Positions 10,251-17,824 of a DNA stretch of 36,573 nt are shown here, one piece after another. The stretch is from an uncultured Dehalococcoidales bacterium (GTDB lineage: Bacteria; Chloroflexota; Dehalococcoidia; GIF9; AB-539-J10). The notes below the pieces were generated by a model. It was not told the DNA's origin and made no database searches. It saw nothing but the letters and a program-made list of their open reading frames with translations. The stretch covers positions 1 to 36,573 of the forward strand of contig CAZLCQ010000002.1 in the NCBI GenBank assembly GCA_964557995.1, given 5' to 3'. Position numbers and translations under genes: made by a program. Each line of letters opens with the position of its first letter. Position 1 is the stretch's first letter.

Positions 10251-10278
10251 GTTTAGTGTTTAGTGTTTAGTGCTTAGG
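10251..10278. repeat. Tandem heptamer repeat (GTTTAGT x3 plus one degenerate copy) spanning the ileS stop codon
   Basis: Read directly: gtttagt gtttagt gtttagt gcttagg. The ileS stop (TAA, minus strand) is at 10267-10269, inside the repeat. Confidence 0.8.
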
Positions 10279-13200
10279 ATTTGCTTTCTTGATCGCCAAA
10301 GACACCTCGCCATTCGCGATGCGGTGCTTCTCGCCATAAGTCTGATCAGGACATGAACTATCGATGAGTTCTTCAGATAAGGTCTCCTGCTTAATGTAGT
10401 TGGAAAATGTTCCTATCACTTCGCTGATGAGTGGTTCCTCCGTCTGATAATACGTAATTATGCGGTCTGTGATGTCAAACTTGGCGTTGCGACGCATATT
10501 TTGAAGGTGACGCACAAGCTCCCTACCTACTCCTTCGGCAACCAGCTCGGGGCGCAATTCAGTATCTATGGCCACCCAATATCTGGCGTCATTAGCCACA
10601 CTGTGATCTGTCATGTTTGAAGGAGATCCCTCTTGTTCACCTGCCTGGCTCGATATGATTAGTTGCTTCACATTTATCTCCTCCATGACCTCGGCAGCCA
10701 GTTTCTCCAGAGCCACCTTCTCTTCACTCGTCTCCACCCCGATCACGGCCTCAGCCAGCGGCTGGCGCACCTTGATCCCCGCCTTTGCCCGCGCTGCCCG
10801 ACCCAAGCTGGATATCTTCATAGCTAGCTCGACATCGGTATTCAGTCTGTCATTGATTTCGGCCTCGTCCGCTACCGGAAAATCACTCAGATGCACACTC
10901 TCTCTGGCTTGAGGATCAATAGAGCGGCACAGATTTTGATACAGTTCCTCAGCAACAAACGGCGCGAACGGAGCCAGCAATTTAGATAAGGTCACCAGAC
11001 ATCGATATAGCGCACTATAAGCCGCCAGTTTGTCAGCATCACTCTCGCTTTTCCAGAATCGCCGGCGGTTCCTTCTCACATACCAATTAGATAGACTGTC
11101 CACGAATTCCTGAATCCGCCTGGTTGCAGCAGTCAGATTGTAGCTATCCATAAACCTGGTGACTTCCGCTATCAGTCGATTGAGTTCAGAAATGATCCAG
11201 TGATCCATCTGCCTGAAAGCTTCTCGGTGCACGTCTTCAGCCAACACAGGCTGAGGAACAAAGCCATCAACTCCAGCATAAAGGGTAAAAAAGGAATATG
11301 TGTTCCACAGAGTAAGAAGAAACTTGCGCAGCGTCTCCTCAAGAATCTTGGAAGAGAAACGATGGGTATCTTCTCCTGGTGTAGAAACCAGCATGTACCA
11401 CCTCAAGGCATCTGCCCCATAGTTGTTGATGACAGCCTGCGGGTCAACTACATTGCCCTTGGACTTGCTCATTTTCTCACCCTCAGCATCAACGACATGC
11501 CCTAAGCAGATCACATTCCTGAAGCAGGGCCGATTGAAAAGCAACGTAGATATCGCATGTAAACTGTAGAACCAGCCTCGAGTCTGGTCCACAGCCTCAC
11601 AGATAAAATCGGCGGGAAAATTCTGCCCAAATGTATCTTCATTTTCAAAGGGATAATGCCACTGAGCTATAGGCATAGCTCCTGAGTCAAACCAAGAATC
11701 AATTACCTCGCAAACCCGCTGCATCCTGCCACCACATTTGGAACAGGTGAATGTTACTTCATCTACATAAGGACGATGCAAATCCAAGTGCTCGGTCAAC
11801 CCACTAAGACCGGGCTGTCCCCCCAGTTCATCTATACCGCCAACACACCTATGATTGTCGCACGAACAACACTGCCAGATATTGAGTGGCGTCCCCCAAT
11901 ATCTTTCCCTGGAAAAAGCCCAATCCACGTTGTTTTCCAGCCAATCACCGAAACGACCGTGTTTGATATAGTCAGGGTACCAGCCTATCTCAGTATTGCC
12001 CGAGATAAGTTCTTCTTTTGCCGCTGTCGTCTTGATATACCAGGCTGGTTTAGCATAATAGAGAAGTGGTGCTTCACACCTCCAGCAAAAAGGATACGTA
12101 TGAGTGATCTTCTCTCTGCGATAGAGTAGACCGCGCGATTCAAGGTCATCGAGGACAAACGGGTCAGCTTCCTTAACGAATTTCCCCCCAAAGCGATATG
12201 TGCCGGTAATCTTGCCCTCCAAATCCACCGGTTGAACGAAATCAAGCCCGCGATTCATCCCGATATCGAAGTCAATCTCTCCAAAGGCAGGAGCAATATG
12301 AACTACGCCAGTGCCTTCATCCAGGGACACAAAATCAGCGCCGAGCACAGGATAAGCCAAGTCTTCTCTTGTCTCCTCCACGCGCAGTGTCGGCAAGTCC
12401 AGACGCTGTATCCCAAAATCATGGGGATTAAACAAGGGCTCATACTTAAGATTCACGAGGTCCTCGCCACATACAACTTGCGACTCGGTGTATCCCTCCA
12501 GCCTCACCCTATCCACGAGCATCTTGGCTAGAATGAGATAGTCCTGTTCACTCTCCATCACACTGTACTCAGCATGAGGCGCCACCGCTAAGGCTGTGTT
12601 GCCTGGCAAGGTCCACGGTGTAGTGGTCCACGCCAGCAGAAACACTGGTTTCATCGGTGTGCGGGAACCCCAGAACAAGGAATGAAACCCTGTTCCTTCC
12701 CTAATTGAATCCGCTACAATGGAAAACTTTATGTAAACTGACGGATCGTCGGCGTCATCTCGGTAACCCTGCGCTACCTCGTGAGAACTGAGGGATGTGC
12801 CACATCTAGGGCAATGCGGGGTCACTCTGTAGCCTCTATAAACCAAGCCCTTGTCCCATAGCTCTTTGATTATCCACCAGCAGGACTCAATATAGCTATT
12901 GTCCAAGGTGACATAGGGATGCTCCATGTCCAACCAGTAGCCAAGGCGCTCGGTCATAGCTTCCCATTCCTTGATGTATTTGACGGCACTTTGACGACAG
13001 TGTTCATTAAATCGAGCCACCCCATACTCCTCAATTTGAGTCTTTCTGGTAAGAGCAAGAGACCGTTCTACCTCCAACTCAACGGGCAAGCCGTGGGTAT
13101 CCCACCCCGCCTTTCGGGGCACATGATACCCCTTCATTGTCTTATACCGGCAAACCGCGTCTTTATATAGACGAGACAGCACATGATGAACTCCCGGGCT

Positions 13201-13356
13201 GCCATTTGCCGTAGGTGGACCCTCGTAGAAAACATAATGCGGTCCCTTTTCTCTTATCTCAATACTCTTGCCAAAAATACCCTGTTCTCTCCAAAAACGA
13301 AGGGTGTCCTCTTCCAGTTGAACAAGGTTGACCTTGCTGCTGATCTCTCGAAACAT
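10267..13356 (-). CDS. ileS: Isoleucine--tRNA ligase
   Basis: 1029 aa. HIGH-region 'PPTANGSPGVHHVLSR', 'KMSKSKGN', the editing-domain insertion, Zn-knuckles 'CPRCGT', 'CWRCEAP' and 'CSKCGG', and 'WYVRRNRRRFW'. Confidence 0.96.
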   Translation of the reverse strand: MFREISSKVNLVQLEEDTLRFWREQGIFGKSIEIREKGPHYVFYEGPPTANGSPGVHHVLSRLYKDAVCRYKTMKGYHVPRKAGWDTHGLPVELEVERSLALTRKTQIEEYGVARFNEHCRQSAVKYIKEWEAMTERLGYWLDMEHPYVTLDNSYIESCWWIIKELWDKGLVYRGYRVTPHCPRCGTSLSSHEVAQGYRDDADDPSVYIKFSIVADSIREGTGFHSLFWGSRTPMKPVFLLAWTTTPWTLPGNTALAVAPHAEYSVMESEQDYLILAKMLVDRVRLEGYTESQVVCGEDLVNLKYEPLFNPHDFGIQRLDLPTLRVEETREDLAYPVLGADFVSLDEGTGVVHIAPAFGEIDFDIGMNRGLDFVQPVDLEGKITGTYRFGGKFVKEADPFVLDDLESRGLLYRREKITHTYPFCWRCEAPLLYYAKPAWYIKTTAAKEELISGNTEIGWYPDYIKHGRFGDWLENNVDWAFSRERYWGTPLNIWQCCSCDNHRCVGGIDELGGQPGLSGLTEHLDLHRPYVDEVTFTCSKCGGRMQRVCEVIDSWFDSGAMPIAQWHYPFENEDTFGQNFPADFICEAVDQTRGWFYSLHAISTLLFNRPCFRNVICLGHVVDAEGEKMSKSKGNVVDPQAVINNYGADALRWYMLVSTPGEDTHRFSSKILEETLRKFLLTLWNTYSFFTLYAGVDGFVPQPVLAEDVHREAFRQMDHWIISELNRLIAEVTRFMDSYNLTAATRRIQEFVDSLSNWYVRRNRRRFWKSESDADKLAAYSALYRCLVTLSKLLAPFAPFVAEELYQNLCRSIDPQARESVHLSDFPVADEAEINDRLNTDVELAMKISSLGRAARAKAGIKVRQPLAEAVIGVETSEEKVALEKLAAEVMEEINVKQLIISSQAGEQEGSPSNMTDHSVANDARYWVAIDTELRPELVAEGVGRELVRHLQNMRRNAKFDITDRIITYYQTEEPLISEVIGTFSNYIKQETLSEELIDSSCPDQTYGEKHRIANGEVSLAIKKANPKH

Positions 13357-13358
13357 GG

Positions 13359-13991
13359 TTAACCTTCTCTTGGTAAGATAACTACTTTCCTGTTCTCACC
13401 CTCACCTATGCTCTCAGTCCTCACATCAGGATGATCAGCCAAAGCCAGGTGAACGATACGACGTTCGTCAGCAGGCATCGGTTCCATAGGCATGGCCCGG
13501 CGCCTGGATTCCACTTGCTCAGCCAAATACAAGGCCAATTTCTGCAACGAGTCACGACGGTGTTTCTTGTAGCCTCCCACATCAACCGTCAACGGTAGCC
13601 AGGTCTTCAGCCGCTGGACTACTATCAGCTTGGTAACGTACCCCAGAGCAGCCAGAGTCTGACCCCGTCGGCCAATCAAAATACCCAGATCGTCCCCATT
13701 GACATTCAATTGTAGGGGCACCTCTGCCGATAGCACCTCGACCTTGCCCTGAACACCCATTAATCCGAGCAACTTGTCCAAGATCTCTGTCACCTGACTG
13801 ACCGCATCCTCTTCAGGCAAAGTTGCTGAGCTCACTTTGATCACAGCTTCTCTGCCGCCCACTCCCAGGATCCCCGCCCTTCCTTCCCTGACAATCTCCA
13901 CTTTGAACTGCTCGCGACTTAGCCCTAGCTGCGCTTCCGCTTTCTCTATGGCTTGTTCTACTGTCGCACCCGTTATCTCAATGGTTTCCAT
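13359..13991 (-). CDS. jag: Jag/KhpB-type RNA-binding protein (Jag_N + KH + R3H)
   Basis: 210 aa. 'IEITGATVEQAIEKAEAQLG', a KH-like region 'GDDLGILIGRRGQTLAALGY' and an R3H region 'MEPMPADERRIVHLALADHPDVRTESIGEGENRKVVI'. It sits in the conserved position after yidC. Confidence 0.85.
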   Translation of the reverse strand: METIEITGATVEQAIEKAEAQLGLSREQFKVEIVREGRAGILGVGGREAVIKVSSATLPEEDAVSQVTEILDKLLGLMGVQGKVEVLSAEVPLQLNVNGDDLGILIGRRGQTLAALGYVTKLIVVQRLKTWLPLTVDVGGYKKHRRDSLQKLALYLAEQVESRRRAMPMEPMPADERRIVHLALADHPDVRTESIGEGENRKVVILPREG

Positions 13992-14044
13992 AGTCTAATG
14001 TCTCGCTTTCTTATGGACGGATCCTGCCCTTCCCCGGTACCTGC

Positions 14045-14794
14045 TCACTTTCCTTGCGCCGGTGCACGCTGAAATGGAGACTGGAATCTAAGGTAGCCCC
14101 AGCCACCAGTGACGATATACTGGGTTATGATGCCAATTATATTTGAGACAGCCCAGTAGAGACCTAGACCTGCCGGGAAGCTCAAGCTCAGAAAGCCAAA
14201 CATGAGGGGCATCATCAGCAACATTATCTTGCTTGTGGACGCTTGCCTTGGATCAACAGCTGGCGCCTGGGTCATCTTTTGCTGTACCCACATTGTGCCG
14301 CCAACTATGATAGCCAGAATAATATTACCCTGGCCTGCCAGATCAAGCCCCAAGAATTGACTGCTCAACGGAATCGCTTGGTTCACTATGTCCCAGGAGT
14401 AAAGACGCTGAGCTAGATCGAGCAAGTTCTCTGGCGTGGTAGCTAGGGCTCTCATAATGGCTTGATAGAGGGCAATCCAGATAGGGAACTGTATCAGCAT
14501 CGGCCATAAGCAGCCCAAAGGGTTTACCCCGGCTTCTTTATAAAGCTTCATCATTTCTTGCTGAAGCTTCTGTTGATTTTTGCCGTATTTCTTCTGCAGT
14601 TCTTGGATCTTGGGCTGCATCTCCTGCAAAGCTTTCGTGGAATTGAGCTGCCGTTTGTTAAGAGGCCAGGTGATCAGACGCACGATAACGGTAAGGGCAA
14701 TGATTGCCAGCCCAAAGCTACCGCCGAAAATATGGCTCAGGGCAATCAGCACATTAAGTATCGGGTTACCTATAATAAGATTCCATGCTTCCAT
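14045..14794 (-). CDS. yidC: Membrane protein insertase YidC (short, Gram-positive-type)
   Basis: 249 aa, polytopic. 'LAIIALTVIVRLITWPLNKRQ', 'MQPKIQELQKKYGKNQQKLQQEMMKLYKEAGVNPLGCLWPMLIQFPIWIALY' and 'GLGLYWAVSNIIGI'. Confidence 0.9.
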   Translation of the reverse strand: MEAWNLIIGNPILNVLIALSHIFGGSFGLAIIALTVIVRLITWPLNKRQLNSTKALQEMQPKIQELQKKYGKNQQKLQQEMMKLYKEAGVNPLGCLWPMLIQFPIWIALYQAIMRALATTPENLLDLAQRLYSWDIVNQAIPLSSQFLGLDLAGQGNIILAIIVGGTMWVQQKMTQAPAVDPRQASTSKIMLLMMPLMFGFLSLSFPAGLGLYWAVSNIIGIITQYIVTGGWGYLRFQSPFQRAPAQGK

Positions 14795-14806
14795 GGGCTA
14801 CAACCT

Positions 14807-16003
14807 TCATTCTTCAGCGGTCAACGAAACGGGCCAGCCCTCCACTATCTGCCCCCTCTCAATATCCACAACATATATCGAGTTATCTTCGCCCCTAATA
14901 TAGATTAGACCATTCTGGCCACAGAAAGAACTCTTAACAGAAGCGCCAATTGAGATAGCTCTCAACGGCACTGCCTCATCTCCGAATTCGGCGCTGACGT
15001 CAAAAACATATAAGGTCCCTGATTCATCAGCTATTGTCAGTAGATTGTCCATCAAAACAGGTGAGGTGACTATGGGGCTTGCAGCGTCAAACTCCCACAA
15101 TTCTTGCCCTGTTTCTGCGTCAATAGCATAGAGTTTGCCATCGAGGCAGCCGGCATAAACGATGCCTTCGTTGACTATAGGAGATGCCCAAAACCAATTA
15201 CCCGCCGCCTTCTCCTGAGGAAATCTCCACGTCGACACATTGCTGCCTATTTCTATGGCATAAAGGTAGAGGTCAAACGAACCCACAAATACAGTATCTT
15301 GGTAAATCACCGGTGAGGAAGCAAAGCCTGCCTCTGATTGGAAAGACCAGTCCAACCGCTCGCCTGTCTCCGTTGACAAAGCATAAATATGCCCATCGAA
15401 AGTGCTGACATAGAGAGTATCACCCTGAATTGCCGGGGAGGTCCATAGCCTTATATGCGTTTCATCTAAGACCTTTGACTCCCAATTCAAATCACCGAAT
15501 TCCTTGTCCAGAGAATACACCCGGCCATTGGAGCTACTTAAGTATATGGCATCCTCGCGCACTGACAGGTCAGCCACTATGGCGTTGCTCCTCGCACCAT
15601 CCAGGGGACAATCCCACTCCCATTCACCGTACCTCTGCTGAGGAAATGTCAGATTCTGTCTCCTGGCCACCGTACTCAACGTAAGAACCTGGCCGCTATA
15701 TGTGCCAACGTAAACTAAATCGTCATCCACTATCGGCGTCGCGTAAATAGCCGTCGGGCCGGACGTGGGGCCACAAGACAGGCCGCCGCCGGACGTAGTA
15801 GTCATCTCATAAAACCACAGCACATCTCGGTTCGACGAATTCAGCGCCACCAGTCCACCATCACTGGAGACAACATAAATGATGCCGTCCTGAACTGTGG
15901 GCCCCGACCATCCACTTGCCGCCTGTCCCACGCCGATGCAAGAGACAAACACTAGGGGCAAGAGAGCGACTACTGCCAGGAATAAGACCTTTGATTGTTT
16001 CAT
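14807..16003 (-). CDS. PQQ-like / BamB-like beta-propeller repeat lipoprotein
   Basis: A signal peptide with a lipobox, 'MKQSKVLFLAVVALLPLVFVSC'. It is followed by about 8 repeats of the '(D)G.(I/L)Y(V/A)...(D)G.(L/V)YALD..TG...W' type, for example 'DGKLYAIDAETGQELWEF' and 'DGHIYALSTETGERLDW'. The track ORF starts at 16036, but that start overlaps yidD. ATG 16003, 7 nt after the yidD stop, gives a proper signal peptide. Confidence 0.8.
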   Translation of the reverse strand: MKQSKVLFLAVVALLPLVFVSCIGVGQAASGWSGPTVQDGIIYVVSSDGGLVALNSSNRDVLWFYEMTTTSGGGLSCGPTSGPTAIYATPIVDDDLVYVGTYSGQVLTLSTVARRQNLTFPQQRYGEWEWDCPLDGARSNAIVADLSVREDAIYLSSSNGRVYSLDKEFGDLNWESKVLDETHIRLWTSPAIQGDTLYVSTFDGHIYALSTETGERLDWSFQSEAGFASSPVIYQDTVFVGSFDLYLYAIEIGSNVSTWRFPQEKAAGNWFWASPIVNEGIVYAGCLDGKLYAIDAETGQELWEFDAASPIVTSPVLMDNLLTIADESGTLYVFDVSAEFGDEAVPLRAISIGASVKSSFCGQNGLIYIRGEDNSIYVVDIERGQIVEGWPVSLTAEE

Positions 16004-16010
16004 TATATAG

Positions 16011-16220
16011 TTAAGGCACGGGATCGTACCCACCATCGGAGAATGGATTACAGCGAGCGATCCTCTTGGCCGCTAGCCAGCTACCTCGAGCAAGACCGTA
16101 TCTCTTGATCGCTTCGACTGTATAATGTGAGCACGTAGGCTGGAAACGACAAACATGAGGCAGAACTCTCGACGCCGTATTCTGGTACAACTTAATCAAT
16201 CCTAAAGCTACCCAACTCAC
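16011..16220 (-). CDS. yidD: Membrane protein insertion efficiency factor YidD
   Basis: 69 aa. 'LIKLYQNTASRVLPHVCRFQPTCSHYTVEAIKRYGLARGSWLAAKRIARCNPF..GGYDPVP'. It overlaps the rnpA stop by 4 nt. Confidence 0.9.
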   Translation of the reverse strand: MSWVALGLIKLYQNTASRVLPHVCRFQPTCSHYTVEAIKRYGLARGSWLAAKRIARCNPFSDGGYDPVP

Positions 16221-16555
16221 TCGTTGCTCTCCAACAACTGCGCTAGAGCCAGAAGCTTGGTTGTTGCGCCTTCTAGCTCATGATAGTCAGCACCAACCGC
16301 TGCCGACCGCGCCATGAACACGATGTCCCACCCCGGCTTTAGCGACTGCACCCTCATTATCTCTCTCAGCAATCTCTTCAGGCGGTTGCGCTGCACCGCT
16401 TTACCTACTTTTTTTGTTATGGAGAAACCGTATCGGCTCAGACTTGAGCCATTGGGCCTCGCCTTCATTACTAGCAAACTACCTGTCCAGACCTTGCCTT
16501 GCCGATAGACCAGAGTGTATTGTGCTCTATCGGTTAAGAAATGAGGCCCCTTCAC
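16217..16555 (-). CDS. rnpA: Ribonuclease P protein component
   Basis: 112 aa, basic. 'FSITKKVGKAVQRNRLKRLLREIMR' is the RNR motif. It sits directly after rpmH. Confidence 0.88.
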   Translation of the reverse strand: MKGPHFLTDRAQYTLVYRQGKVWTGSLLVMKARPNGSSLSRYGFSITKKVGKAVQRNRLKRLLREIMRVQSLKPGWDIVFMARSAAVGADYHELEGATTKLLALAQLLESNE

Positions 16556-16564
16556 AAGACAGAG

Positions 16565-16705
16565 CTAAACTGGAGTCAGCCGATACCTCCCCTTAAGACG
16601 CCTTGCCCTAAGCACACGCCTTCCACCTCGAGTAGCCATCCTGGCACGAAAACCTAAGCTGCGCCTTCGGGGAATCTTCTTTGGTTGATAAGTTCGCTTT
16701 GGCAT
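16565..16705 (-). CDS. rpmH: 50S ribosomal protein L34 (46 aa; missing from the ORF track)
   Basis: Manual translation of the minus strand from ATG 16705 gives [46 protein letters not shown], stop at 16565-16567. It matches the L34 consensus (MKRTxQPxxxxRxRxHGFRxRMxTxxGRxVLxxRRxKGRxxL). The track's 75-aa ORF at 16608-16835 is out of frame. Confidence 0.9.
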   Translation of the reverse strand: MPKRTYQPKKIPRRRSLGFRARMATRGGRRVLRARRLKGRYRLTPV

Positions 16706-16708
16706 TCT

Positions 16709-17017
16709 TCAACCCGTCGAACGAGATAGGCCGACGCCTCCTGTTTTCCAAACATGACTTGGTGCGTAAGGTAGCATAGCAAGATAACGAGCTCTCTTTA
16801 TCGCTTGTGCCAGGCTTCTTTGGTGCTTGGCACATGTTCTACTCCTTCGTCGCGAAACAATCTTGCCTTGACTCGAAATATAACGAGATAACATAGAAAC
16901 GTCTTTGTAATCAATCGTCATGCTCCCCTTGCAAAACGGACAGAACCCCGGTCTGCTGACGAAGCTTCTTGAGCTTCTTGAGCTTCTTGAACTTCTTACT
17001 CTTCCAGTGTTTGGCAA
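16709..17017 (-). CDS. rpsR: 30S ribosomal protein S18 with an (SSR)n N-terminal extension
   Basis: 102 aa from a TTG start, with SD AAGGAGAG 4 nt upstream. 'FCPFCKGSMTIDYKDVSMLSRYISSQGKIVSRRRSRTCAKHQRSLAQAIKRARYLAMLPY'. Confidence 0.92.
   Translation of the reverse strand: MPNTGRVRSSRSSRSSRSFVSRPGFCPFCKGSMTIDYKDVSMLSRYISSQGKIVSRRRSRTCAKHQRSLAQAIKRARYLAMLPYAPSHVWKTGGVGLSRSTG
16962..16997. repeat. Four tandem 9-nt units (aagcttctt gagcttctt gagcttctt gaacttctt) inside the rpsR 5' region
   Basis: Read directly. The units encode ...RSSRSSRSSRS... in the S18 N-terminal tail. Confidence 0.85.
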
Positions 17018-17035
17018 ATCTTCTCTCCTTTACTA

Positions 17036-17434
17036 TTACTCAAACGGCAAATCCTCGGGCTCAACCCCCTCTCCCTCAGGAAGCGATACCGAATCTCGCT
17101 TACCAAGGAAAAGTACACGTTCCGCATTCACCTCCAGACTAGTACGCATCTGCCCATCTTGTCCCTCCCAACTGCGAGCGTGTAATCTTCCCTCAACGTA
17201 GACTTGCTTCCCCTTGCTCAGGAATTGATTGCACTGCTCAGCTTGCTTGCCCCACACGCTGACTCTAAACCAGTCTGTTTCCTCCTTGCTCTCCCCCCCA
17301 GAAGTACTGTAGCGGCGATTGGTAGCTATGTTGAAAGATGTGACTGCCTTTCCATTAGGTGTGTACCTCATCTCAGGATCAGAGCCCAAATTGCCCACCA
17401 GTATTACTTTGCTTAAGCTTGCTATATCAATCAC
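17036..17434 (-). CDS. ssb: Single-stranded DNA-binding protein
   Basis: 132 aa. OB fold 'KVILVGNLGSDPEMRYTPNGKAVTSFNIATNR...TDWFRVSVWGKQAE...KGKQVYVEGRL', an acidic tail and a C-terminal 'EDLPFE'. Confidence 0.92.
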   Translation of the reverse strand: MIDIASLSKVILVGNLGSDPEMRYTPNGKAVTSFNIATNRRYSTSGGESKEETDWFRVSVWGKQAEQCNQFLSKGKQVYVEGRLHARSWEGQDGQMRTSLEVNAERVLFLGKRDSVSLPEGEGVEPEDLPFE

Positions 17435-17714
17435 CTACCTTTACCACAAGATATCGTAGAATACCACCAAAAGTCCCGATCTCGCTTTCGACTTCTCTCA
17501 CTGACTTTGGCATCAACTTGAAGCGGGCCAGAACATAACCAGCTTCCATGAATTTCTTGACAGGGTAAGCCAGCCTTCTTTTTCCCCAATTCTTCACCTC
17601 TCCCACCGCGCCGCCGCGGCTATTGATCGACTGAGTTACCCGGTCCACAATTTTGGAGACTTCATCTTCATCAGCCTCGGGACTAATTATAGCTACTAGT
17701 TCGTAGTCATGCAT
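17427..17714 (-). CDS. rpsF: 30S ribosomal protein S6
   Basis: 95 aa. 'MHDYELVAIISPE...WGKRRLAYPVKKFMEAGYVL'. It overlaps the ssb start by 8 nt. Confidence 0.9.
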   Translation of the reverse strand: MHDYELVAIISPEADEDEVSKIVDRVTQSINSRGGAVGEVKNWGKRRLAYPVKKFMEAGYVLARFKLMPKSVREVESEIGTFGGILRYLVVKVGD

Positions 17715-17722
17715 GCCTAGAT

Positions 17723-17731
17723 TTTATACCA
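17723..17731 (-). promoter_or_regulatory. Extended -10-like element (TGgTATAAA) only 8 nt upstream of the rpsF ATG
   Basis: The minus strand reads TGGTATAAA-atctaggc-ATG with no SD. The spacing is compatible with a leaderless or near-leaderless transcript. Confidence 0.35.
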
Positions 17732-17808
17732 CGGGCCACAAAATGGCAACAAGGCTTATGGTCTAATCGCAAACCATGTCCGAGCACTGGAATGCCAAAT
17801 CAAGCCGA

Positions 17809-17817
17809 TGCTATAAT
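17809..17817 (+). promoter_or_regulatory. Extended -10 element (TGcTATAAT) 7 nt upstream of the probable thiL ATG (17825)
   Basis: gaTGcTATAAT-tccagcc-ATGagg with no SD. The spacing suggests a leaderless thiL mRNA. Confidence 0.4.
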
Positions 17818-17824
17818 TCCAGCC

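Noticed and set aside
10251-10278. The heptamer tandem repeat, and the 9-nt repeat at 16962-16997, as possible CRISPR or other arrays.
   Set aside because: The units are 7-9 nt with no spacers and lie in or next to coding sequence. They are simple tandem repeats, not CRISPR.
16608-16835. A 75-aa minus-strand ORF from the track, spanning the rpsR/rpmH junction.
   Set aside because: It is out of frame with both the S18 C-terminus and the manually found L34 gene (16565-16705), each of which matches a universal ribosomal protein.
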